From Minisyncoccia bacterium (GTDB lineage Bacteria > Patescibacteriota > Minisyncoccia > Phycocordibacterales > UBA918), in contig JBGSJJ010000016.1 in assembly GCA_041742075.1 (NCBI GenBank), positions 19,128 to 83,127 of the forward strand: a DNA stretch of 64,000 nucleotides, given 5' to 3'. Positions 56,142 through 64,000 of the stretch are shown here, one piece after another. Numbering within the stretch: position 1 is the first letter of the stretch; each line of letters starts with the position of its first letter. The notes beneath the pieces were generated by a model, which made no database searches, was not told the origin of the DNA, and saw only the letters and a program-made list of their open reading frames with translations. Made by a program: the position numbers and the translations under genes.

Positions 56142-57143
56142 TTATTTGAGATAGAGCGCAATATTGTCCTGATGTTCTTCGTAGGTGCGCGCGTAGTAAA
56201 AGGTGCCGTTGTTCCCTGTGATGTAAAACAAGTAGTCAGTTGAAATAGGTTCAAGTACTGCCTTAATAGCGGTTAGACCGGGGTTGCCAATCGGTGTCGG
56301 AACAAGACCAGTGTTTAAATAGGTATTATACGGTGAATCGATTTCCAGATCCTCTGGCGTAAGTGACCCGAGCGGGTTATCAAGTTCGTACTCAATCGAG
56401 GCATCAGCCTGTAGAGCCATTCCAATCTCTAAACGATTTTGTAAAATGCCCGAAACTGTTTTCATAGAGGCTTCGTCATTTGCTTCTCGTTCTAGAATCG
56501 AAGCCAGGGTTAAGACTTCGTATTCAGATAACGTGCTTTCACTAAGTAATGGTTTCAAATCAGTCGTCGTGTCAGTGTAGGTTTTTCGCATGAGTGCAAG
56601 TAGGTCAGCTTCGGTGAAGTCTTTTGGAACATAATACGTCTCGGGAAATAGGTAGCCTTCAAATGGTGTAGCAATTTGCGTAAATTCTTCGGCTGAAAAT
56701 TCTTCCAGGGCGGTTTCCGCAAGTTCCGCAATCATACTCACTCTTGTGCCTTCAGGAATAGTCAGTACAACCACTTCTGGTTCAATGTCACCTGAAGCGA
56801 GTTTCTCGGCAAAGTCAAAAACAGAAACGGGATTTTCAAAAAGATAGTTTCCGGCAAACAGTCCAGTCGGGTCGTGAATGTAGGTCAAAGTAGCATACAA
56901 AATTAACGATGACTGAACCAAACCCTCTCGTTTGGCTTTCTTGGCTATGGCACCAACTGACATGCCCTCGTCAATGGTGAACACGGTTTCTGAGACAAAG
57001 CTTGATGGCGGTTGGCTTAAAAAATAAATACCAGTAAAAAGTAACACAACTCCAAATACTAGGAGTAAGACACCTTGAAAAAGGCCTGGTTTGGGGCGCC
57101 GTGAAATCTGCCCTACGTCACTAGTTTCTAAGAGAGGTGGCAT
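56142..57143 (-). CDS. mltG: Endolytic murein transglycosylase (YceG-like).
   Basis: N-terminal TM segment and the YceG-like domain with 'GLVPTPIGNPG'. Confidence 0.8.
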   Translation of the reverse strand: MPPLLETSDVGQISRRPKPGLFQGVLLLVFGVVLLFTGIYFLSQPPSSFVSETVFTIDEGMSVGAIAKKAKREGLVQSSLILYATLTYIHDPTGLFAGNYLFENPVSVFDFAEKLASGDIEPEVVVLTIPEGTRVSMIAELAETALEEFSAEEFTQIATPFEGYLFPETYYVPKDFTEADLLALMRKTYTDTTTDLKPLLSESTLSEYEVLTLASILEREANDEASMKTVSGILQNRLEIGMALQADASIEYELDNPLGSLTPEDLEIDSPYNTYLNTGLVPTPIGNPGLTAIKAVLEPISTDYLFYITGNNGTFYYARTYEEHQDNIALYLK

Positions 57144-57152
57144 ACAGAATAA

Positions 57153-58484
57153 TTACAGTGAATAGTTGCCAACCGGAAGATTGCTTGGTGCTTCACTACG
57201 AGTCGAGGTAATACGTTGCAGACTCGGGGTAAGTGCTACCTTACCTGGTAAGTGGTACATAGTAGCAAGTTCAAGTGAGGTAAATATTTTGGTAGCGTCG
57301 CTACTCGTCCGATTCGCATACTTGCGTAACTTATAGCGCTTCAGCTCCTCTTTCTTGTAGGTAGGGATTTTTGTACCGAGTGGGTCTGAGAACATCGGAT
57401 AGTCAAAGTCAGTTCTCCATCTGGCTCCTATCCCATTTCTGCCCTGGATGTCGTACTGGGTAAAGGTACGGATAATCATTGGAATCACGTCACCGGTAAA
57501 CTTCCCGGTTGGGGTGAGGTAGAGCCAACGGATTCCTACTTCGTAGGCGTACTTCGAAAGGTTTGTTTCCATCATTTCCACCATATTTCGTTCACCGGGT
57601 GTGAGTCTCGGCGCTCCTTCCATTTCGATTTGTCCGAGTTTTGTCTTTGGGTCACGTCGCATTATTTTGTCTATTTCAGCTCGCCCTGGGACGTCCCAAG
57701 CTGGCTCTTTTTTCAGCTGACCATTTTTAAAGTTTTTCTCACGGTGTGGTGTACAAATAATCTGTATCCAAACTCGCTCATAGGGCTTAATCGAACCAAG
57801 AGCTTCAAGCATCGGGGTCATTGGGTCGAGCTTCTCTTCTTCTTTCGGTAACTTGTCGAGTCCAAACTCAGTATAAACTTTTATCGGGTACTCAGAATTT
57901 TTCTTCTTCCCCATATGGATAGCCATACACTCATACCCTTCTAAGTTACTTGGTATTTCTGCCGTGTAATCAAGCGGCACTTCGACTATTTCAACTCCTG
58001 GGTACTGACTATAAAGGTTTACCTTAAACAACTCTTTCGTCTTTTTGGTAGGTAGATTGACGTAAAACTTAACCTGCCCGCCAGTTGAAACAAGTTCTAG
58101 CGAGTACGGTAACGGACGTTTACCGTCAATATACGTTTGCATGTAGTTGTCTGGATTGTTTACGTTGTGTATCTGGGCTATAACCGTTTCCATCGCTTCT
58201 GGCGACTTAAAGACTTCTGGTGGGAGTTTTATCTCCAGCGTAGTTCGCCCATTGTTCAAGTAAAAATCGAGACCAATCATGTCCATCCATTTATCATAAA
58301 AAAGATAAAACGTTACATACGGTAGCCATAGTGGACTGAGGGCAAAAAGAAACGTCAAGGCTTGGAATTGAGAAACGCCAATTCGAGCAAGAACGAAAAT
58401 AATAATGACAATACCAACGAGCGCAAGAATCTTTCCTGGGTCAAAGAGTTGACCTTTAGCCTTAGTAAGCGGTTTTGTTGCCAT
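57153..58484 (-). CDS. Membrane hypothetical protein (443 aa).
   Basis: Two N-terminal TM segments. No recognised motif. Confidence 0.45.
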   Translation of the reverse strand: MATKPLTKAKGQLFDPGKILALVGIVIIIFVLARIGVSQFQALTFLFALSPLWLPYVTFYLFYDKWMDMIGLDFYLNNGRTTLEIKLPPEVFKSPEAMETVIAQIHNVNNPDNYMQTYIDGKRPLPYSLELVSTGGQVKFYVNLPTKKTKELFKVNLYSQYPGVEIVEVPLDYTAEIPSNLEGYECMAIHMGKKKNSEYPIKVYTEFGLDKLPKEEEKLDPMTPMLEALGSIKPYERVWIQIICTPHREKNFKNGQLKKEPAWDVPGRAEIDKIMRRDPKTKLGQIEMEGAPRLTPGERNMVEMMETNLSKYAYEVGIRWLYLTPTGKFTGDVIPMIIRTFTQYDIQGRNGIGARWRTDFDYPMFSDPLGTKIPTYKKEELKRYKLRKYANRTSSDATKIFTSLELATMYHLPGKVALTPSLQRITSTRSEAPSNLPVGNYSL

Positions 58485-58564
58485 AGTTTGTTCTATTGTA
58501 CAACAAACAACTCCAGTTTTCCGAAGAATACTGGAGTTGTTTGGAATAACTGCTGGTCGTTGTT

Positions 58565-59590
58565 TTAGTCTACGAGACTGTATGAACCGTTGGCAAGTCG
58601 CTTGAAGATGTTGCCGTCTTGGAGGTTTACGATAATCGTATTGTCCTTCACGTAGCGCTCTTTACGAACTTTGTCGATAATTTCTTCTCGAGTCAGTGGT
58701 CCGTGTTGAAGAAGGATGTCACGAAGTACATCTTTGACGACACCAGCTGAGTAGCCCCATTCGGTAAGAGCGTAGAGTCCTCGTCCAACCAAGACAAAGC
58801 GTTCGTCTTTGATAAGTTCATTGTGGGTAGTAGCAGTATGCGCCTTCTTTTCAAATAGTTGTTCGATAGCTTCAGCCACTTCACGGAAGTGCATTGGTGA
58901 GCCGTGACGCTTCACTACCAGGTACGCATAGTCTCGGATTCCTTTTACCCGCACATTTGGACTGGCTGAGTGACCCCATTCACCGAGTGGATTGGCAGCA
59001 ATTTCTTTTGAGATAAGGAGCCATCGTTTGAGGATTTCTTCATCATGCTTTTCAGTAAGAGAGATAAGTTCTTCTCGGAAGCGATTGATCATATCTTCTT
59101 CTGTAATCAGTTCTTCGCGAGAAAGTGACTTGTGGACACTCTTAAGCGCGGCTTCTACCGTGTCAGCAATCTTCTTTTCAGTGTACCAACGATGGGTGTA
59201 TTGGGTACTTTCTTTTGATCGGTAAAAAGAGTGACCAATGACAAGGAGGAAGTAGATGTGATTGCGGAGTTCTGGGTCAGGAGTGATTTCGTTTAGAACC
59301 ACGTGTTCTGCAACGAGACCACCACCGAGCTTGGCGATAGCAGTCTGAATTTCAGTAAATACTGGTTCAAACTCGTCATAGACCGGGGACTTCTGAATAG
59401 ACTGAATACCGTAGTTTTCAATCTGACGTACTCGTTCACGGGTGATGCCGTAGGTTTGACCGATTGACTCGAGTGTATGAGAAGTCCCATCACTACCAAG
59501 GCCATACCGTTTCTCGAGAACGTCTTTAGCACGTTCTGGAAGAACGCTGAGCAGTTTCTTTGTAACTTGTTTTGGTTTAAACGAAATCAT
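58565..59590 (-). CDS. DNA-binding protein with an N-terminal sigma-70 region-4-like HTH and a C-terminal winged-helix-like domain.
   Basis: 'LESIGQTYGITRERVRQIENYGIQSI' closely resembles sigma-70 region 4.2. Confidence 0.5.
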   Translation of the reverse strand: MISFKPKQVTKKLLSVLPERAKDVLEKRYGLGSDGTSHTLESIGQTYGITRERVRQIENYGIQSIQKSPVYDEFEPVFTEIQTAIAKLGGGLVAEHVVLNEITPDPELRNHIYFLLVIGHSFYRSKESTQYTHRWYTEKKIADTVEAALKSVHKSLSREELITEEDMINRFREELISLTEKHDEEILKRWLLISKEIAANPLGEWGHSASPNVRVKGIRDYAYLVVKRHGSPMHFREVAEAIEQLFEKKAHTATTHNELIKDERFVLVGRGLYALTEWGYSAGVVKDVLRDILLQHGPLTREEIIDKVRKERYVKDNTIIVNLQDGNIFKRLANGSYSLVD

Positions 59591-59695
59591 AATTAATTAC
59601 CATTATAAAACGGGCTTACTGCTCGTTTCTAAAATACCCCGCTGTTGTATGTTGTAATTCTATCATGTCTATTGACATACGTCAACACTGTTGTC

Positions 59696-62092
59696 TTAGT
59701 CACCTTTTATGACTAGGTTTAGTATCCTCCCCTCAACGTATATAACCTTCACAATCTCCCCACTGATGTACTTTGCAAGCTGTGGTGAGCATCGCGCTTC
59801 TAGGGTGGCTTCTTGCTCAGTTGCGCCGGCAGAAAGTGTTATATTTCCCCGCACTTTACCGTTTATCTGCACACCAATCGTTACTTCGTTGTCAGCACTA
59901 AGTGCCTCGTCTGCTTCTGGAAACTGCGTTATGTGGATTGAATCAGTGTGGCCTAATTGACTCCAAATCTCCTCTGTTAGGTGTGGTGCAAAGGGAGCAA
60001 GAAGTTTGAGGAATGTGGTGTAATTAGCCTGACTAATACCCTCTTTTTCGGCCAGATTGACGAAAATCATCATCGCACTGATAGCAGTATTAAACTTAAA
60101 TTCTTGAATATCTGAAGCTACTTTCTCGATTGTCTTATGAAGTTGTCGCGTTACTGCCTCAGCTTCGACTTCGGTAAAGTGTTCCGTAAGACCATAGACT
60201 CGCTCTAGAAAACGCCGTACCCCAGCGATACCACCCGGGTCCCACGGATAGTTGTTGCCTTCGTATGGGCCCATAAAAGCTAGGTACATTTTGACCGCAT
60301 CGGCTCCAACGAAGCGTACTTGTTCGTCTGGATCAATCACGTTGCCTTTACTCTTACTCATCTTGTTTCCGTCCGGACCCAAGATAAGTCCACGATTAAG
60401 GCGACGCTTATATGGCTCGCTGTGGACAGCCAGTCCAAGGTCAAGAAGCGCTTTTTGCCAAAAGCGTGAGTAGAGCAAGTGCATAGTGGTGTGTTCTGCA
60501 CCACCGAAATAGATGTCTACCGGTAGCCAGTCATTCTGTGCTTTGGCGCTTGAAAGTTCTTCATCATTTTGATTATCGATATAGCGGAGGTAGTACCACG
60601 AAGAGTCCACGAAGGTGTCCATGGTTTCTACTTCAGGTGTCCAACCGGCACCAAAGATAGCTTCAGTTCGTTTCTTGAGTTCTGCACTTTTTGCTAGAGG
60701 CGCTTCACCAGTTGGTCTGAAGTCGACGTCCTCAGGCAGTAGCCACGGCAAGTGTTCTTTTGGTACCGGGTGTGCCTTCCCGCTCGGGTCGTATACGATA
60801 GGAATTGGTACCCCCCAGTAGCGCTGACGCCCAATAGACCAGTCACGCAGGCGATAGGTTGAGGTCATCTTCCCTCCTACCTTTTCAACAATTTTAATTT
60901 TAGCTTCTTCACTGTCCATTCTGTCAAACTCGCCAGAGTTTATGAGTGTACCTCCACCTACATACGCTCCAGTGATATTTTCACTACCGTGTGATGAATC
61001 AATTACATTTACAATCAAACAACTAAACTTCTGTGCAAACGCAAAATCGCGTTCATCGTGTGCTGGGACTGCCATAATGGCACCAGTACCGTAGCTTCCG
61101 AGTACGTAATCGGCTATATACACCGGTATAGTTTCACCGGTGGCTGGGTTTACGGCAGTAATACCTTCAAGCTTCACTCCAGTCTTCTCCTTGGTAGCGT
61201 CTAAGCGGTCTTGCTCGGCTTTTTGCTTACTCGCAACAATATACCCCGCCACATCTCCCCAATTAGTGATTGAGGCCTTATTTGCTTCTACAAGTGGGTG
61301 CTCTGGTGCAAGCACGAGATACGTAGCACCATAGAGAGTGTCAGGCCTGGTGGTAAAGACTGTAACACTGTCTCCGGTTGAGAGCGTAAAGTCTAGGAGC
61401 GCTCCCTTGCTCCGACCAATCCACTGTCGCTGGGCTTCCTTTATGTGCTCTGGCCAAGCAAGGGTATCTAGGTCATCGATGAGGCGGTCAGCGTACTTCG
61501 TGATGCGGAGCATCCACTGCGGCATCTCGCGCTTCTCTATCAAGTCACCCGAGCGTTCACAGGTACCATCGGCGAGCACTTGCTCGTTTGCTATCACGGT
61601 GTTACACCCTGGACACCAGTTCACAACTCCAGTTCCTCGATACGCAATATCGTTTTCAAAAAACTTAGTAAACATCCACTGTGTCCACTTGTAGTACTCA
61701 GGGTCAGTTGAGCTCGTGGTTTTGTCCCAGGAAAAAGCGTTCCCCATACTCTCAAGCTGATTCTGCATGTACGTTATGTTGTCGTTCGTCCAAGCTTTTG
61801 GATCAAGACCACGCTTGATAGCAGCGTTCTCAGCTGGCAAACCAAATGCATCAAAGCCCATTGGAAACACTACTTGCTTCCCGGTCATCCGTAAGTAACG
61901 GACATAGATGTCTGGTACGGCAAACGCGTACCAGTGTCCGATGTGGAGATTTCCAGAAGGATACGGCCATTCAACGAGTATATAGCGTTTCTCTTTCGAT
62001 TCGTCGCGCTTCCCTGCTGTATGTATACCGGACTCTTTCCAAATGGCGTGCCACTTTTTTTCAATCTCTGCGCTGTCGAATTTTTTAATCAT
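59696..62092 (-). CDS. leuS: Leucyl-tRNA synthetase.
   Basis: 'EWPYPSGNLHIGHWYAF' (HIGH region), 'KMSKSKGN', and the CP1 editing domain. Start at 62092; the track ORF extends to 62122. Confidence 0.95.
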   Translation of the reverse strand: MIKKFDSAEIEKKWHAIWKESGIHTAGKRDESKEKRYILVEWPYPSGNLHIGHWYAFAVPDIYVRYLRMTGKQVVFPMGFDAFGLPAENAAIKRGLDPKAWTNDNITYMQNQLESMGNAFSWDKTTSSTDPEYYKWTQWMFTKFFENDIAYRGTGVVNWCPGCNTVIANEQVLADGTCERSGDLIEKREMPQWMLRITKYADRLIDDLDTLAWPEHIKEAQRQWIGRSKGALLDFTLSTGDSVTVFTTRPDTLYGATYLVLAPEHPLVEANKASITNWGDVAGYIVASKQKAEQDRLDATKEKTGVKLEGITAVNPATGETIPVYIADYVLGSYGTGAIMAVPAHDERDFAFAQKFSCLIVNVIDSSHGSENITGAYVGGGTLINSGEFDRMDSEEAKIKIVEKVGGKMTSTYRLRDWSIGRQRYWGVPIPIVYDPSGKAHPVPKEHLPWLLPEDVDFRPTGEAPLAKSAELKKRTEAIFGAGWTPEVETMDTFVDSSWYYLRYIDNQNDEELSSAKAQNDWLPVDIYFGGAEHTTMHLLYSRFWQKALLDLGLAVHSEPYKRRLNRGLILGPDGNKMSKSKGNVIDPDEQVRFVGADAVKMYLAFMGPYEGNNYPWDPGGIAGVRRFLERVYGLTEHFTEVEAEAVTRQLHKTIEKVASDIQEFKFNTAISAMMIFVNLAEKEGISQANYTTFLKLLAPFAPHLTEEIWSQLGHTDSIHITQFPEADEALSADNEVTIGVQINGKVRGNITLSAGATEQEATLEARCSPQLAKYISGEIVKVIYVEGRILNLVIKGD

Positions 62093-62180
62093 AGTCGAAC
62101 TCACATTATGCCGTGTATACAATAATAGTCAAAGGGCTACAGCAACTGCCGTAGCCCTACTAAAAATTATCTTCCGTACT

Positions 62181-62462
62181 TCAACTTGAACCGTAGGCCA
62201 ATGCAGATGTACAGCAGAAATGAGATGATGCTGGGCCAAAAAAACCCAAACCAAACAACTCTTGATGCGTAAGAGCGAGAAATACAGTGATTGGAAGAAG
62301 TGTACCGAGCACTAGGTAGTACGCCGGTAGTGGGTCCCATGATTCCGTAAAGTGAGCCGGAAAACCTTGCTGTTTGTTAAGCAATCCCTCTAGATAGGTA
62401 AATCTTAGCAAGATAAACGGCCAGAGCAATACGCTCAAAACATAGAATCCAATAGCAATCAT
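62181..62462 (-). CDS. Small membrane protein (93 aa).
   Basis: Two TM segments. Confidence 0.35.
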   Translation of the reverse strand: MIAIGFYVLSVLLWPFILLRFTYLEGLLNKQQGFPAHFTESWDPLPAYYLVLGTLLPITVFLALTHQELFGLGFFGPASSHFCCTSALAYGSS

Positions 62463-62516
62463 TTCCGCCTCCTTGGCTGGTCCTCGTCTACCGACGATAC
62501 TAGCACAGTGAGTCTA

Positions 62517-63428
62517 CTATTCAACTGAAGGTAGCGTAGTGTTGACTACTCGCTCGAAACAGTACTTTCCAGCTGGGTGCTCCCAGTTGTACGGATTGCG
62601 AATGAGTGATTTTTCGTCAATATAATACGGTGAAGATGCAAACTCATCTGGTTTGGAAGCGAGGGCGAATGTCGCACACAGCTCAAAGCCCTTCTCGGTA
62701 ACTCGGTATTCGTACGAAGGTCTACCTTCGGGTGCTGTTTTCATTGGAAAGTCACCATACACCTCTTCCAGTGTGGTTGGTAGACTTATACCGAGATCAA
62801 TCTTCTCTTCAACCCTCTGCTGAATAGTAGTTAAGTCTTGAATCTGTGTATCGTCGAGCCTCGCTTCTCTGACTTCACCGGGTTTTTGAATTTGCATAAA
62901 GCCAATCACAATCGATGCGAGAACGACAATTGACACCACCACACCAACGTAAATTGATTTCTGTTCGTTCTTCTGCCAGTACCCACGTGCGTCATAGAGG
63001 TAGTACGTAAAGGCGCCGCCAACCGCCACAAACAATGTTCCAGCCTTGAGTACAAAGCGTAGTGTGAGTTCGCCATTTAAAAAGGTGTAGATGGTAGTGA
63101 CGAAGTTTCCAAGTAGTAGCAGACCGCCCGCGAGAAGAGATAGGTATAAGAGCCACTTGGTAAGGCCTAAGTAAAGCGCACTTCCATCTCGCCGTTGCTT
63201 ATTTACAATCCGTGTTAGCACTAAGTAGGTTGGAAAGAAGACGACGAGCGTCGCAATCGAAAATCGAATCGTCGACATTGAGCTTTCTATTTCCCAGCTT
63301 CCATAGGAAGCGTCGGGTACCAAGAGGTTGATAACACTAAATACGAGGACTATTAAACTGGTAAGTGATACGTACAGTGTGATAAAAGCGCCCAACTGTA
63401 AGGCAAAATGTTTTGCAGTATGTTCCAT
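62517..63428 (-). CDS. Membrane protein (303 aa; about 5 TM segments plus a C-terminal soluble domain).
   Basis: Hydrophobicity pattern. Confidence 0.45.
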   Translation of the reverse strand: MEHTAKHFALQLGAFITLYVSLTSLIVLVFSVINLLVPDASYGSWEIESSMSTIRFSIATLVVFFPTYLVLTRIVNKQRRDGSALYLGLTKWLLYLSLLAGGLLLLGNFVTTIYTFLNGELTLRFVLKAGTLFVAVGGAFTYYLYDARGYWQKNEQKSIYVGVVVSIVVLASIVIGFMQIQKPGEVREARLDDTQIQDLTTIQQRVEEKIDLGISLPTTLEEVYGDFPMKTAPEGRPSYEYRVTEKGFELCATFALASKPDEFASSPYYIDEKSLIRNPYNWEHPAGKYCFERVVNTTLPSVE

Positions 63429-63483
63429 ATACCTACTAGTATGCGCTTTTTAAACCTTTAGTAAAGGCTGACTTTGCTCGGTG

Positions 63484-63792
63484 CTACTTGGTCATGCCTT
63501 GTGGAAGTAGTTCTCTGTGTGCGTCAAAATACGTATCAAGAGCAGTTTGAATCACTCTTCGGTCTAGAGAGTCAACGGTAATACTGTCTACATACTCCCT
63601 TCTAAGTTCTAAAGCTCCATTGGTATTGAATGACTCGTAGAGTTCAATTGCGTACGTGTTTCTGGTGGTTGGAACAATCTTAAATCTATAGCCAAAGTTT
63701 TCATCTCGGTAGATAACTGACTTCATGGTGTTAAGTGCGTATAGTGCTTCAGTGTCTGATTCATTGTTATTCTTTAACGTGAGTTTTTCCAT
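63484..63792 (-). CDS. Hypothetical protein (102 aa).
   Basis: Start chosen at the internal Met (MEKLTLKNNN..). Diverges from ORF 63819. Confidence 0.35.
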   Translation of the reverse strand: MEKLTLKNNNESDTEALYALNTMKSVIYRDENFGYRFKIVPTTRNTYAIELYESFNTNGALELRREYVDSITVDSLDRRVIQTALDTYFDAHRELLPQGMTK

Positions 63793-63818
63793 ATCTGTAT
63801 TATATCGTATACTGTGAC

Positions 63819-64000
63819 TATGAATCCTGAAGAACTTAAAAAAGCCCCAAAACTGTTTTGTGAAAATATTCGTATTGGCTACACCGCCGAGTACTTTGTG
63901 GTCGGTATGAGTTCTGGTACCCAAGCACAGATCTACAGCTTGAGTCCGGCACACGCCAAACGATTGTTACAGTACTTAACGCATGAGTTAAAAGACTTTG
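63819..64000 (+). CDS. Hypothetical protein, 3'-truncated by the window edge.
   Basis: The ORF 'MNPEELKKAPKLFCENIRIGYTAEYFVVGMSSGT...' runs off the end of the window. Confidence 0.35.

Noticed and set aside
1-64000. Alternative genetic code (UGA recoding, as in some candidate-phyla lineages).
   Set aside because: All conserved genes (dnaK, leuS, alaS, rpoA and others) translate full-length with the standard code, and none of them needs in-frame TGA read-through.

Overview
This 64 kb window is a gene-dense bacterial chromosomal segment, about 90% coding, with most genes on the minus strand. Recognisable core genes: a cell-wall cluster (murI; gltX-M23 peptidase; murG-ftsW-mraY-dac; scpB/scpA; mltG), aminoacyl-tRNA synthetases (gltX, aspS, trpS, alaS, leuS), the grpE-dnaK-dnaJ chaperone operon, and the distal part of the ribosomal-protein 'alpha' operon (infA-rpmJ-rpsM-rpsK-rpsD-rpoA-rplQ, then rplM-rpsI). 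Also present: leucyl aminopeptidase, two M16 peptidases, mnmA, two tandem orphan sensor histidine kinases, and many small secreted or membrane proteins of unknown function. Several features suggest a small streamlined genome, possibly Patescibacteria/CPR-like (inference only): an archaeal-type AspRS, an AlaRS lacking the C-Ala domain, a Cys-less L36, and no map/adk/secY upstream of infA. No rRNA, tRNA, CRISPR array, transposase or integrase was found. The regions I think most worth a second look are: (i) an atypical GC-rich insertion that splits the scpA-scpB pair, with small SD-preceded ORFs, an intrinsic terminator and REP-like hairpins; (ii) a 73-nt structured element with its own terminator, found once overlapping the rpsI stop codon and once directly upstream of the grpE-dnaK-dnaJ operon; (iii) a higher-GC island of secreted PRP-repeat proteins; (iv) a 25-nt palindromic hairpin repeat recurring next to small membrane-protein genes; (v) a nested 86-nt inverted-repeat structure in a 900-bp gene-poor stretch; and (vi) a tightly packed nucleic-acid-enzyme cluster (HD hydrolase, coiled-coil protein, MGMT-like, Cas4-like PD-(D/E)XK nuclease, ATP-cone-REase). 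All functional calls come from motif recognition in the translated ORFs. No database searches were run.
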